From assembly GCA_937910695.1 (NCBI GenBank), contig CALEMW010000233.1:3677-67676 (forward strand): DNA of 64,000 bases, written 5' to 3'. The DNA comes from an uncultured bacterium. GTDB lineage: Bacteria > Krumholzibacteriota > Krumholzibacteriia > LZORAL124-64-63. Shown piece by piece: positions 19,623-29,767 of this stretch. The notes under the pieces were generated by a model. The model was given only the letters and a program-made list of their open reading frames with translations, was not told where the DNA came from and searched no databases. The position numbers were made by a program, and so were the translations under genes. How positions within the stretch are numbered: the first letter of the stretch is position 1; each line of letters opens with the position of its first letter.

Positions 19623-22031
19623 ATGAATCGTATGATCCGACCGGCCCTGGTTCTCGCCCTGATCGCCCTCACCCTGCTCGGCTGCGCCCGCCGGGCGCAG
19701 ATGCCTCCGGTCAACGTAGGCTACCAGGAGCTGCGGGAGACCTTCGTCGGCGTCGACCTCTCCCCCCTCGCGGGCCGCTGCATCCTGCTCGACCCGGGCC
19801 ACGGCGGGGTCTTTCCCGGCGTGATCGGCCGCGCCGGGATGAGTGAAGCCGACGTGAACCTTGGCGTGGCCCTGTACCTGCGCGGGCTGCTCGAGGCGGC
19901 CGGAGCCGAAGTCCACATGACCCGCACCTCCGACCGCGACTTCGTCTCGCCGGCCGACTCCACCCTGGCGACTGACCTCGCCGCCCGCGTGACGATGTGC
20001 GATACCCTCCGTCCCGATGTCTTCCTCTCGCTGCACCACAACAGCAACGCGGCGCTGGACCGCGACATGAACGAGACCCAGACCTACTACCCCGTGGGCC
20101 GCGACGGCGCCGACCTGGACCTGGCCCGCTGCATCCACCGTCACCTGGTGCGCAATCTCGACATCAGACCGGCGAAGATCATGGCGGGGAACTTCTACGT
20201 GCTGCGCAATGCGCCCTTGAACGTGCCGGCGGTGCTGGGCGAACCGTCCATGCTCTCGAATCCGCTGGTGGAAGCGAAGTTGATGACGGCGGAGAAGATG
20301 GAGTTGGAGGCGCAGGCGTATTTTTTGGGGTTGGTGGAATTCTTCGAGGGAGGGAGACCGTATTTCACAAACTCGGAGTCCCTTCATGATGGAACCATGA
20401 GCTGCCTGTTCGTTCCGGATGTCCGAAAACCAGAATCGGCACCCCGCCTTGATCCCGCCTCGATCGCCGCCACATGGAACGGCCGTCCCATTGAATCATG
20501 GCTTGGTTCCGACGGATCGAGTGTGCTTGTCAAGCCCCCGCTCGAAAGCGGTCTGCTCAACATCACGGCATCGAATCTCGCAGGCCGGAAAGCATCCATC
20601 GACATAGTCCGAAATCTGTGTGGATCAGCCGATGAAGTCGTGCTCGTCCGGTGGATCGTCTATCAGGAGTCGGGCCTCATACCTCCAGCCCGGTCCTTGA
20701 CCACTTGGCAAGAATCCGGACCATGGCTCCCGACGAACTTCGCAGGCGATCCGGTCTTGTCCCATCTCATCAAGGACGGAGTCATCAACTCGCGTCTGGA
20801 GCCCACAGCGGAACTTCCTGAGGAAATGCAGCACCCCGGAGGGCCGGATCCCTTCAAAATCGATCCTGCGCTGCAAAGGAGCTCCGTCCAATCGGTCATC
20901 AGTGACGGCAGAGTCGTCCTGATGCATCCCGGCTTCCGCTGGGTGAGGCTCGTCTCCGGCTCCATAGACAACGGAATGAATTGGGGTGCACGACTTTCCC
21001 AGGCCGATACGGCGTTCTACAAAACCGTTGGGCCGGACTTCTCCACGACTCCCTTCATCCCTGTCAATCGTGATCTTCCGCTTTGGCTGGAGAGCCCTGG
21101 TCATCATCCCGTTCTTCGTGCTCCGGACGACGCCTGGCAGGACTCCCTCACCTGGCGCCCCATCGCCCCCCGGCTCCTCGGCAAGACCATCATCCTCGAC
21201 CCCGCCGGCGGCGGCCCCGACGACCAGGGCCTCGCACCCATGGGCACCCCAGGCCGCGAGCTCAACCTCCGCGTCGCCGAGCGCCTGGCCGCCCTGCTGC
21301 GCGGCGCCGGCGCCCACCCGATCCTCACCCGCACCGACGCCGGCTGGGTGCCGCCGGAAGCCAAGGTGCTGCAGACCAACCGTGAGAAGGGCGCACTGTT
21401 TTTGACCATCGCCCGCCGCACCGAGGGCGCAGGTCCCAAGCTGTTCCATCACTTCGGCAGCACCAACGGTGAGCGTTGGGCGCGTCTTACAGCATCCGCC
21501 CTGACCGACGCCGGTGCCGACTCCGTCCCCGTCGCGCCTTCCTACGCCTACCTCCTGCGCCACACCGCGCCGCCGGCCCTGCTCTGCGAACTGCCGATGC
21601 CGACGAGCGAAGAGGCCGAAGACCTCGCCCGCTCTCCCGCCGCCCAGCAGGCCGAGGCGCTGGCTTTGTTCCGCGCCGTCGCCGCCTACTTCGAAGGGAC
21701 GGCGGACTTGCCATCGGGTTGGGATCTCGCTTCCTTCATGGCGCGTCACCGCACCGAGCTGCCTCACCCCAACGATGTGGATCTGGTGCGGGTCGACGGC
21801 AACTGGCTCTGGCTGCCCCAGGTCGGCGGCGCTCCCGCGGCCCTCCTGCCGCCGACGGCGGGACCGCGCACCCTCGAAGTGCGATCGGACGACCAATGGT
21901 GGCTGTTCGAGGCCGATCCGGCCGCCGACACGCTCCGTCGCCGGCTGTTCGGCGTGGGCAACCAGGTGCTGACACCCGAACAGAGCGAACCGCCGCGCCC
22001 CGAGGTCCTCGATGCCCCAGATGGAAACTGA
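19623..22031 (+). CDS. N-acetylmuramoyl-L-alanine amidase lipoprotein with two Amidase_3 domains
   Basis: RBS GGAAGGAG plus ATG at 19623 and lipobox LTLLGC. Domain 1 carries LLDPGHGG...SLHHNS. Domain 2 carries ILDPAGGG, so its zinc-ligand His is replaced. The portion of the 17943-22031 track ORF upstream of 19623 is antisense to selA and is rejected. Confidence 0.8.
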   Translation: MNRMIRPALVLALIALTLLGCARRAQMPPVNVGYQELRETFVGVDLSPLAGRCILLDPGHGGVFPGVIGRAGMSEADVNLGVALYLRGLLEAAGAEVHMTRTSDRDFVSPADSTLATDLAARVTMCDTLRPDVFLSLHHNSNAALDRDMNETQTYYPVGRDGADLDLARCIHRHLVRNLDIRPAKIMAGNFYVLRNAPLNVPAVLGEPSMLSNPLVEAKLMTAEKMELEAQAYFLGLVEFFEGGRPYFTNSESLHDGTMSCLFVPDVRKPESAPRLDPASIAATWNGRPIESWLGSDGSSVLVKPPLESGLLNITASNLAGRKASIDIVRNLCGSADEVVLVRWIVYQESGLIPPARSLTTWQESGPWLPTNFAGDPVLSHLIKDGVINSRLEPTAELPEEMQHPGGPDPFKIDPALQRSSVQSVISDGRVVLMHPGFRWVRLVSGSIDNGMNWGARLSQADTAFYKTVGPDFSTTPFIPVNRDLPLWLESPGHHPVLRAPDDAWQDSLTWRPIAPRLLGKTIILDPAGGGPDDQGLAPMGTPGRELNLRVAERLAALLRGAGAHPILTRTDAGWVPPEAKVLQTNREKGALFLTIARRTEGAGPKLFHHFGSTNGERWARLTASALTDAGADSVPVAPSYAYLLRHTAPPALLCELPMPTSEEAEDLARSPAAQQAEALALFRAVAAYFEGTADLPSGWDLASFMARHRTELPHPNDVDLVRVDGNWLWLPQVGGAPAALLPPTAGPRTLEVRSDDQWWLFEADPAADTLRRRLFGVGNQVLTPEQSEPPRPEVLDAPDGN

Positions 22032-22719
22032 GCACCAGCGGTTCCGGCGCGGCGAACGGCGCCGATATCTGACGGCCAGTGCGATCGCCGTGCTGGCGTT
22101 GGTCCTTTTTGCGATCTTCGGACCCAGCCGCGACGACGTGAAGAAGCGCTTCGAGTTCTCCGGTGCCGAAGGCCCCCTGAAGATCATGCCCGAGTTGTCC
22201 ATCGACGAAGGCGCCGACGCAAAGCACAAGGAGGAGCAGCGCCGGAACCTCGAACTGCCCGAACCGGCCCCCAACTACGAGGTCTTCGAGGACAACGACG
22301 GTCCCGTGCCCGTTCCCGAACAGTTCATCTCGTCGGAGAAGGAAGTCGAAACGATCGATCCCGAAGCGGATCCCGAACTCGACGACATCAACGCCGTGGA
22401 GATGAACCTGCCGGCCCAGACCAACCCCTGGTTCCGCCTGATCCGTATGGTGCGCCCGCGTTATCCCGCCGACGCCACCGCAGAAGACAGGCTGCTGCCG
22501 ATGATCCGCGTCGAGGTGGCGTTCTTCGTATCACCCGAAGGCACGATTCAGGGCTCGTATATCATCTCCAACGAGGGCAGCGAAGCCTTCGCCCGCATCA
22601 CCCTCAAAGCAGTCGACGAGTGGCTCTACGAACCTGTCGAGGGCGAAGTGGCTCCCCAAGGATTCTGGAACCGGCTCACCCTGCGCTTCCGCCAACCCAC
22701 GGCCGTCCTTTCCCGCTGA
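22021..22719 (+). CDS. TonB C-terminal-domain protein (energy transducer TonB family)
   Basis: One N-terminal TM helix, a Pro/Glu-rich linker and a C-terminal TonB-like fold (RPRYPADATAEDRLLPMIRVEVAFFVSPEGTIQGSYII...AVDEWLYEP). Overlaps the amidase 3' end. Confidence 0.55.
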   Translation: METEHQRFRRGERRRYLTASAIAVLALVLFAIFGPSRDDVKKRFEFSGAEGPLKIMPELSIDEGADAKHKEEQRRNLELPEPAPNYEVFEDNDGPVPVPEQFISSEKEVETIDPEADPELDDINAVEMNLPAQTNPWFRLIRMVRPRYPADATAEDRLLPMIRVEVAFFVSPEGTIQGSYIISNEGSEAFARITLKAVDEWLYEPVEGEVAPQGFWNRLTLRFRQPTAVLSR

Positions 22720-22788
22720 ACCATACTCCTGAAATCGTCGACGCCACCGTCCGCGGACGGTGGCGTCGACTCGATGAGTCCGAGCTGA

Positions 22789-24666
22789 TCAGCGGGGTGT
22801 GTCGAGCACCGCTTCAGGATCCAGAGGGGGCGAAACTGACGACGTGTCGGCGGCGGCACGAGCCATCCCCTCTCGGAACAGGTCGATGGGGAACGGGACA
22901 ATCCGTCCCTCGGAGAACATGCGCAGGGCCGGTCCCATGGTCTCGGTGTTGATCCCGGCTTCGCGACGAAGTTCGAGACGGTCATTGAGGGCGCGACTCA
23001 GGTCCGTACGCAGGTTCATGCCCTCGTCGCCCAGGGTGTGGAAGGTGAGCATAGCGGCCAGGTAGGCCTGGCGAGCGATGGCGCTGGCTTCTGCGGGCAG
23101 TCCTTCCGGCGACCAGGCACGGTCGAAGGCCGCGCTCCATTCTGGAGGATAGAGCGCCGTGTCGCTGGGGAATACGGCACGTTCGAGGATGGTGCCCACT
23201 TCCTCGGCCAGTCCAGGATTGTTCCAGGTGCTCGGGCCGAGGATCAAAGCGCCGGTGCGGTAGAAATCGAGCTGGGGGCCCAGCAGGCGGAGCATATCGG
23301 CGCCCACCGGCACGAAGATCACTTCGGGCCGGGAGTCGGCCACACGTTGCAAAGGATCGCGGAAGTCGGTCAGGCCGGTGTTGAACGATTCTATTGCGAC
23401 GAGTTCTCCACCCAGGGCCAGGATCTCCTCTGCGAAGACCTCGGCGCTGCGCATGCCCGAAGGCTCGTCGGGATGCACGATGGCCACGCGCTTCTTCAGC
23501 ATCACATCTACGGCCAATCGTGCCAGCAATCGGGCTTCGAACAGACTCGTGACGTTGGTCTGGAACGTGTTGCGCCCCAGATCCTGGATACGTTCGTTTG
23601 TGGCCGTGGGCGAGATCAGAGGAATGCCGAAGCTCTCGGCGGTCAGTGCCGCGGCCACCGTGGGTGCGCTGAGCAGTCCACCGATCACGGCGATGGGTCT
23701 TTGCTCGGCGGCGAAGGCTCGCATGGCCATGGCCGCTGCCACGGGATCGCCCTCGCTGTCGCGGACCGTCAGGATATAATGACGCCAGCCCTCGCGGTTG
23801 GCCTGGTCGCGGGCCAGCTGTACGCCGTCGAAAAAGGCGTTGCCGAGCACGGTGTAGCGCCCCGTCAGAGGCACCAGTACGCCGACATGGAGGGCGTCCA
23901 CATCGCCGGGGAGTTCGTCGGTCGGGTGGGCCGGAAGCACCTCGTAGGAAGGGTCGTCGAGGAGTAGTTCCGCATGGCCCAGCCAGGGATCGTCGGGATC
24001 TCCGCTGCGCATCGCAACAACGACGTCATGGGCTTCTCGACCTCGTTCCTCGGCCACGAGGCGCTGGATCCATAAATACCCAAGATATGATGACATACCC
24101 GAGCCGGGATGAGCGGCGCGCAAGGCGCGCAAAGCATCGGCATCGAGATGTTCTGCCGCTCCGGCGAGGCGGCGGGCAGCTTTTTCGCGGTCGCGTTCGA
24201 GGGTCGCGGCATCGTGCATGCGCACCAGCGCGTCGGCGGCACGGGGCCAATCACGGTCGGCCTCGAGAAGCTCGGCGCGCAGATCCATCATGTCCCAGAG
24301 GTGCGGACTGTCGGGCCATGCAGCCATGAATTCGCCGCTGAGTCGCAACGACTCGTCTGGAGATCCGGCGCGGCGGGCAGAGCGGGCGGCGATCAGGCTC
24401 ACATGATCCATATGAGCATAGCCCTGGTAGTGGTCTAGCAGTTCGTAGGCCAGGCGCAGGCTGGCGCGGTCACGCTCCATGCCGTGCTCTTCCTGGAGTC
24501 TCGCGTAGAGTCGGTCGGCGAGAGCCTCGTTCTGAACGTTGTTCGCGACCTGTCCGCCCTGGGAGGACGACCGCGGCCCCGAAGCACAACCCGTCAACAA
24601 GACGGCCGCGAAGATCAGCAACAAAAACAGGACAACTGCGGCTGTCTTCCGTGGCATCGGAATCAT
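22789..24666 (-). CDS. LpoA/LppC-like lipoprotein: N-terminal TPR-like domain plus C-terminal periplasmic-binding-protein (Peripla_BP_6-like) domain
   Basis: Signal peptide with lipobox LLTGC. The C-terminal half (HVGVLVPLTGRYTVLGNAFFDGVQLARDQ...) resembles LivJ/LpoA-type binding-protein folds. Confidence 0.5.
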   Translation of the reverse strand: MIPMPRKTAAVVLFLLLIFAAVLLTGCASGPRSSSQGGQVANNVQNEALADRLYARLQEEHGMERDRASLRLAYELLDHYQGYAHMDHVSLIAARSARRAGSPDESLRLSGEFMAAWPDSPHLWDMMDLRAELLEADRDWPRAADALVRMHDAATLERDREKAARRLAGAAEHLDADALRALRAAHPGSGMSSYLGYLWIQRLVAEERGREAHDVVVAMRSGDPDDPWLGHAELLLDDPSYEVLPAHPTDELPGDVDALHVGVLVPLTGRYTVLGNAFFDGVQLARDQANREGWRHYILTVRDSEGDPVAAAMAMRAFAAEQRPIAVIGGLLSAPTVAAALTAESFGIPLISPTATNERIQDLGRNTFQTNVTSLFEARLLARLAVDVMLKKRVAIVHPDEPSGMRSAEVFAEEILALGGELVAIESFNTGLTDFRDPLQRVADSRPEVIFVPVGADMLRLLGPQLDFYRTGALILGPSTWNNPGLAEEVGTILERAVFPSDTALYPPEWSAAFDRAWSPEGLPAEASAIARQAYLAAMLTFHTLGDEGMNLRTDLSRALNDRLELRREAGINTETMGPALRMFSEGRIVPFPIDLFREGMARAAADTSSVSPPLDPEAVLDTPR

Positions 24667-25091
24667 TCCGTCTCCTCCTGCGCCGCGACCGTGAAGTCGA
24701 TCGACGCGAGAACCAATCCTTCGGCATCGAGGACCTTCACCGTCCAGCGCCCAGTCCAGGCCGGCAGCAGCGACTTGCTGCTCCACGTACGCCACTCGAT
24801 GGAACGCACCGGCAGCTCGACTCGGGACCGGGTCTCTCCTTCATGGTACCAGACATGGCTCACCACGGTCGGATCGACGGCACCGGTGATGCGGGTGAAG
24901 CAAGTCAGAGTTGTATCGTCGAGAGTGAAGCGGTCGGAAGCCCCGACCGGCATCCGAGTTTCGCGGTCCATATCGCGGCAGATCACGATCTCCGTCACCG
25001 AAAGGCCGCCAAACGCTGCCGGCTCGGCGGCATCCTGGGCAACGGCCGTGACGGCCACCATCAGCGGCAAGGCAAGCATGAAGACTCGCAT
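24663..25091 (-). CDS. DUF2914-like small secreted protein
   Basis: Signal peptide MRVFMLALPLMVAVTAVAQD and 142 aa. Family call from memory (VWYHEG...W motif). Confidence 0.45.
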   Translation of the reverse strand: MRVFMLALPLMVAVTAVAQDAAEPAAFGGLSVTEIVICRDMDRETRMPVGASDRFTLDDTTLTCFTRITGAVDPTVVSHVWYHEGETRSRVELPVRSIEWRTWSSKSLLPAWTGRWTVKVLDAEGLVLASIDFTVAAQEETE

Positions 25092-25218
25092 GTGATCCGT
25101 CCTCCTCACCGGCAAAGCACATCCTACGAAACGATGCAATCTTGGGACCCATCATCACACAGGCGAGGAAGCGCCGCAACGCTTCCTCGCCAAAGTATCG
25201 GCCGCTGTCGTTCGATCT

Positions 25219-26457
25219 TTACTTTGCCAGCTTCTGGAGCTCCTCAATGCTCTTGGGAGCCTTGAAGTTGATCGTCGAAAGATTCGCGAGCATATAGTCC
25301 GCCTGCTCCCGGAGCTCGGAGTTGGGATGGTTTGCGACGAGCTCGCGCAGGCTCGAGCGGGCGCGGCGCGTATCACCCCAGTTGTCCAGATAAACGTTGG
25401 CCTTCATGAACAGCGACTTGGCCGCGAATTCGGAGTCTGGAAAATCCTCGATGATGAGGTCGAAGAGATCGAGCTGCTTATCCGGATCGTTGGCAAGCAG
25501 TCCGTGCTGGAACAACTCCTCGGCGCTACGACCGTTGCCCGGAGAGAACTCACCCAGATATTCAACAGCGGTCGCCTTGCGAACTTCGGCCAGGCGCTCT
25601 TCCAGGACCGCCTTCTGCAAGCTGGGCATGATGTCGCTGATGATTCGGCCGCGCACTTCGCTGACACTCAGCTGGCGGGGATTCCGTCGCTCGAGAACCT
25701 CGACGATGTGCCAGTTCTCACCGACATGGATAGGCTCGTGGAGACCGAGGTCCCAGCCGAAGACTTCCTTGGAGAGAAGATTGCCTTCTTTGACGAAACG
25801 GACATATCCGCCCTCGTTGATCCAACCGAGATCGCCGCCCTCGGCGGCCGTCTGGATGTTCCGGGAATATTTGGCCAGGACGCTCAGGAATTTGGCGCCG
25901 GGATCCGTTACCTGCAAGGCCTCATACGCCTGAGATGCGGACTGCTCGTCCAAACACTGAATGTGGCGGATATGAACGGCGCCTTCGGCCACGAACTGCT
26001 TCTTGTACTGATCGTAATAATTCTGGATCTCCTCTTCGCTGGGCTGGAGATCCACGTACACTTCGAGCTGTTTATAGGCTTCGATAAGGGTTTCTCGATG
26101 CATCGAGATCAACTGCTGCCTCACTGCGGCGTCGGCTTCGAGATTCAAGGCCTTGGCTGCGTCGTACATCAGGATTTCATCGGCCATGTAGTGCAGAAAA
26201 CGCCGTTCCCAATTCTTGCCGGTGAACTGACCCTTCAACCCTTGAGGCAATTCCGCGTAGCGTATATCGAGGTTCTGCTGGGTGATTTCATGGTCGCCGA
26301 CGCGGCAGATGACCGGCGTGAGATCCTTGAAACCATTGCCGTAGACATGACCGGAGATGGTCTCGTTCGAGGTCTCCTGCTGGCAGGAGGACAGGCCCAA
26401 GACGGCGGCGGCGAGCACCAGCACGGCGAGGGCGCGTGGCAGGATATTGCGGATCAT
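25219..26457 (-). CDS. Peptidyl-prolyl cis-trans isomerase, SurA/PrsA-like lipoprotein (parvulin domain plus C-terminal TPR)
   Basis: Lipobox LGLSSC. Parvulin core HIRHIQ...LAKYSRNIQTAAEGGDLGWINEGGYV. C-terminal TPR-like helices. Confidence 0.7.
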   Translation of the reverse strand: MIRNILPRALAVLVLAAAVLGLSSCQQETSNETISGHVYGNGFKDLTPVICRVGDHEITQQNLDIRYAELPQGLKGQFTGKNWERRFLHYMADEILMYDAAKALNLEADAAVRQQLISMHRETLIEAYKQLEVYVDLQPSEEEIQNYYDQYKKQFVAEGAVHIRHIQCLDEQSASQAYEALQVTDPGAKFLSVLAKYSRNIQTAAEGGDLGWINEGGYVRFVKEGNLLSKEVFGWDLGLHEPIHVGENWHIVEVLERRNPRQLSVSEVRGRIISDIMPSLQKAVLEERLAEVRKATAVEYLGEFSPGNGRSAEELFQHGLLANDPDKQLDLFDLIIEDFPDSEFAAKSLFMKANVYLDNWGDTRRARSSLRELVANHPNSELREQADYMLANLSTINFKAPKSIEELQKLAK

Positions 26458-26742
26458 GATCGCCTCACGCTCCTTTGATGGGTTCAGGGGTGCGGGTCAT
26501 CGGAGATCCTGACGACCCTCTTCTTCCAATCGATCGAGGACATCCCGCAGAAGCTGGGAATCCCGATGCGAGCCTCGAACTAGTCGGGAGCGTGAACGAT
26601 ATCGCCCGCGCTGTCGACGGCCAACACCGAAGCTCCTCCCTGGTTCCAGGATTCGAGTTCCGGCGCCGGAAAGCCGCAGGAGGCCGCTGCGTGGGCGGAC
26701 TCCAAACCGTCGTGGCGTCAGACGCAGATGTTCGTCAGCTCC

Positions 26743-26783
26743 CAAAACAGCAGAGGGGCCAGAAGCGCATGCTCCGGCCCCCC
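26743..26783 (-). terminator. Putative rho-independent terminator downstream of rplI
   Basis: Minus strand shows GGGGGCCGGAGC-AUGC-GCUUCUGGCCCCUC followed by UGCUGUUUUGGG. The stem is imperfect. Confidence 0.4.
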
Positions 26784-26854
26784 GCCATGATCATACATGT
26801 CGCGTTGATACGGTCATGATGCGGCCGTGCTATCACGTCCATCATGGATCCGTG

Positions 26855-27304
26855 TCAAGCCTCGGCCTTGACGACCCACACCTTCACACTGACTTCCACG
26901 TCCTCATGAAGGCGAATGGGCACAGTGTACACGCCGAGCTGCTTGATGGGGTCTTCGAGACGGACCATCCTGTGATCCACCTCGTGTCCCAGCTCCTGGA
27001 GGGCTGAGGCGATCTCGCGCTCAGCGACCGAACCGTAGAGCTGTTCTTCCTCATTGGCCTGCACGCTGATAGTGCAGGACACATCGGCGAACGTGGACGC
27101 ATGGGCTTCGGCGACCAGCTTCAGCTTTTTGCTGCGCAGGCCTGATAGCCGGGCTTCCTCGTCCATGATGCGACGATGGGTATCATTGGCAGCCATCGCC
27201 TGGCCCCGGGGAATGAGAAAATTCCGTGCGTAACCTCGGGTAACGCTGACGATGTCGCCGGCGTCGCCCAGTTGATCCACACGAGCGGTCAGGATCACGT
27301 CCAT
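26855..27304 (-). CDS. rplI: 50S ribosomal protein L9
   Basis: MDVILTARVDQLGDAGDIVSVTRGYARNFLIPRGQA... Confidence 0.9.
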   Translation of the reverse strand: MDVILTARVDQLGDAGDIVSVTRGYARNFLIPRGQAMAANDTHRRIMDEEARLSGLRSKKLKLVAEAHASTFADVSCTISVQANEEEQLYGSVAEREIASALQELGHEVDHRMVRLEDPIKQLGVYTVPIRLHEDVEVSVKVWVVKAEA

Positions 27305-27371
27305 GGCGAGTCTCCCTCGTCATGCCGTCCCGGGACTCGGGCCCCGGGCGGCGTTCCATGTCCGGTCATGG

Positions 27372-27635
27372 CTACCGGAAGTATTCCTTGATGAACGGGA
27401 CGAGCGCGATGTGACGGGACCGCTTCACGGCCGTCGCCAACAGGCGCTGATGCTTGGGACAGGTGCCCGTGTTCCGGCGGGGAGCGATCTTGCCGCGCTC
27501 CGTCGTGAACCGACGCATCATTTCCACGTCCTTGTAATCGACTACAACGAAGCCTTCGGTGCAGAAGTGGCAAGCCTTCTTCTTTGCCGGGCGACGCTTC
27601 TTGGCTTTCTTGTCTCGACCTCGACCCTTCGGCAT
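27372..27635 (-). CDS. rpsR: 30S ribosomal protein S18
   Basis: 87 aa, ...CHFCTEG...DYKDVEMMRRFTTERGKIAPRRNTGTCPKHQRLLATAVKRSRHIALVPF. Confidence 0.9.
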   Translation of the reverse strand: MPKGRGRDKKAKKRRPAKKKACHFCTEGFVVVDYKDVEMMRRFTTERGKIAPRRNTGTCPKHQRLLATAVKRSRHIALVPFIKEYFR

Positions 27636-27691
27636 CGGTCCATCCTTTCACTTCGCGACCGCCGGACTCCCGTCCGGCGTCGTGACAACCG

Positions 27692-28168
27692 TTACTGCTC
27701 AGCCGGGGTCTCGGGGGCGCCGTCGCCCACAACCTCGGGAGCGCTCTCGTTCACAGGAGCCTCGGGCTCGGTCTTCTGCACGGGCGCGGCCGCTGTCACG
27801 CCGATGGGCGCGGAGGCGGGCGCGGACACTGTCGCACCTGGACGGCGGCGACGGGCCATGCTGGCCTCGTTCCGCTCTTTCCATTCGTCGTCAATGACGA
27901 TGATGTGACGCAGGACCTTGTGATCGAGACGGAATTCGTTGTCCAGCTTCGCGATGACTTCCGTCACGCTCTTGAACATCAAGTGCATGTAGTTGCCGCG
28001 CGTCTGATGCTGGATTTCGTACGCCAGCTGGCGGACGCCCCAGTGGTTGCGCTGGGTCATTTCACCGCCCGCGGCGGTGACGATGGATTCGACTTTCGTG
28101 ACGCGGGCTTCGAGCTCGGATTCGGGCTCGTCGGCCTGCAGCACGAAAATCATTTCGTACTTCCTCAC
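27692..28168 (-). CDS. rpsF: 30S ribosomal protein S6
   Basis: RKYEMIFVLQADEPESELEARVTKVESIV... A GTG start at 28168 is preceded by GGAGGTG. The track ORF is 5'-extended. The gene is directly adjacent to rpsR, with no ssb or priB between. Confidence 0.85.
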   Translation of the reverse strand: MRKYEMIFVLQADEPESELEARVTKVESIVTAAGGEMTQRNHWGVRQLAYEIQHQTRGNYMHLMFKSVTEVIAKLDNEFRLDHKVLRHIIVIDDEWKERNEASMARRRRPGATVSAPASAPIGVTAAAPVQKTEPEAPVNESAPEVVGDGAPETPAEQ

Positions 28169-28354
28169 GGGTTCACCTCCCCTTGGACAGAACGACCCGG
28201 ATCCGGCCCCGCGATGCGGGCGATCCGAGTAGGGATGCGACAGGGCCTCAGGGACCCTGTTCATATGATCGACGTCGATCCGGACGGGATCCGGATTCGA
28301 TCCGAAGATCGCCGACGCCGGGCCGCCTCTCGACGACCGACCGCGAATGATAGC

Positions 28355-29014
28355 TCATTCAGACCCTTTTAGCAAATCCCTGTCTCGCGGCCCGTCGTCG
28401 GCCTCGGGGCGCTTCCGGTTGTACCGGCTTCCGGTCCACTCCAGACCGTTCTCCAGCCAGGCCGTCAGCGTGTCGCAGGCATAATCGACCAGTTCCTCGC
28501 TGTCATCCCACTCCTGATGATCAAATTCCTCGAGAACGAAGCTTTTCCACTGATCGGCGGGCACTGCGGCGGCGGCAGGTGCGACGCCGAGCCGCAGACG
28601 CGGGTAGTCGTCACCACCGAGGGTCCTGGCCAGGGACTCCAGTCCGCGGTGCCCCCCGTCACTCCCCCGGGCCCGCAGCCGCAGCGCGCCAAGGGGCAAG
28701 GCGATGTCGTCGACAACGATCAGCGGCGTGACCGGCCTGACGAGACCGTCAGGGTCCGGCAGGCCGAGCTCCAACGCCGTGCGGGCTGCCCAGACGGCGA
28801 GGGCTTCTCCACTGAGGTTCATGTAACGCATCGGCTTGACGAGCACCACATCGTGTCCGACGATCCTGCCCGCGACAATTCGGCAGCCGTCTTTCACTCG
28901 GCCGAATTCCAGACCATGACGCGCCGCCAACCGATCCAGGCAACGGAATCCGATATTGTGACGAGTCCTCGCATACTCGGGGCCAGGATTGCCCAGTCCG
29001 ACGATCAGATGCAC
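28355..29014 (-). CDS. pth: Peptidyl-tRNA hydrolase
   Basis: MHLIVGLGNPGPEYARTRHNIGF... with a short C-terminal extension. Confidence 0.9.
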   Translation of the reverse strand: MHLIVGLGNPGPEYARTRHNIGFRCLDRLAARHGLEFGRVKDGCRIVAGRIVGHDVVLVKPMRYMNLSGEALAVWAARTALELGLPDPDGLVRPVTPLIVVDDIALPLGALRLRARGSDGGHRGLESLARTLGGDDYPRLRLGVAPAAAAVPADQWKSFVLEEFDHQEWDDSEELVDYACDTLTAWLENGLEWTGSRYNRKRPEADDGPRDRDLLKGSE

Positions 29015-29107
29015 GGGTCCTCCAATGCGGGCTCTACGAAACGAGGCGGCCTGCAGGCCGCCTCGTTTCTATCTTCGTTCCGAGAAACAGAGCGGAAACC
29101 CCTGCGA

Positions 29108-29767
29108 TCAGTCTCCGTCTTCAGACTGGGTCTCGGCACCTTCGGCACCTTCGGCGACCTCGTCACCCTCGGCACCCTCGGCAGCCTCGTCGACCTCGTC
29201 TTCGAGAGCGATGATGGTGTTCGGGTTCAGCTTACAGAGGGTATCGTCCGGATCTGAGAGGATGATGACATCGTCCATCTGCAGATCGCTCACGGCGATC
29301 CGGTCGCCGATCGTGAGCTCGGAGATGTTCAGCTCGATGGACTCGGGGAGCTTACGGGGCAGGCATTCCACCTCGATGGCGCGACGGGTGATGTCCAACA
29401 GGGCGTCGCCGCCGCGGACCAACTTGTTGTCGCCCACATAATCGATGGAGACGTCGAACTGCATCGGCACGCCCAGTGGAATCTCGAAGAGATCCATGTG
29501 GAACATCATGTCTGTCACGGGGTGCTTTTGCATTTCCCGCACCATCGCGACACAGGTCTCGCCCGCGATCATGAGGTTGAACAGAGGATGACGCCCACCC
29601 TTGGCCAGGGCCTTCTTCAGCTCGGCGGTATCGAGTTCGAGGGACAAGGCTTCGGTCCGCTCGTTCCCGTAGATGTTGGCGGGAGTACGGCCCGCGGCAC
29701 GCAATCGACGGTTTTCGTTCTTACCGCCGGTTGTGCGCGGATAAGCTTCTAGATTGATCAGACCCAT
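29108..29767 (-). CDS. rplY: 50S ribosomal protein L25 / general stress protein Ctc
   Basis: Ctc-type two-domain L25 (RTTGGKNENRRLRAAGRTPANIYG...) with an acidic low-complexity C-terminal tail. Confidence 0.85.
   Translation of the reverse strand: MGLINLEAYPRTTGGKNENRRLRAAGRTPANIYGNERTEALSLELDTAELKKALAKGGRHPLFNLMIAGETCVAMVREMQKHPVTDMMFHMDLFEIPLGVPMQFDVSIDYVGDNKLVRGGDALLDITRRAIEVECLPRKLPESIELNISELTIGDRIAVSDLQMDDVIILSDPDDTLCKLNPNTIIALEDEVDEAAEGAEGDEVAEGAEGAETQSEDGD

Noticed and set aside
26475-26819. 114-aa plus ORF (and 26497-26745 minus ORF) in the rplI-PPIase intergenic gap
   Set aside because: No RBS or conserved features. The region holds a hairpin/U-tract terminator for rplI and is more likely a promoter/terminator spacer.
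29108-29180. Repetitive GAGGGC/GCCGAAGG DNA encoding the EGAEGDEVAEGAEGAE tail of Ctc
   Set aside because: In-frame low-complexity acidic tail of L25/Ctc, common in this protein. Not a CRISPR or mobile repeat.
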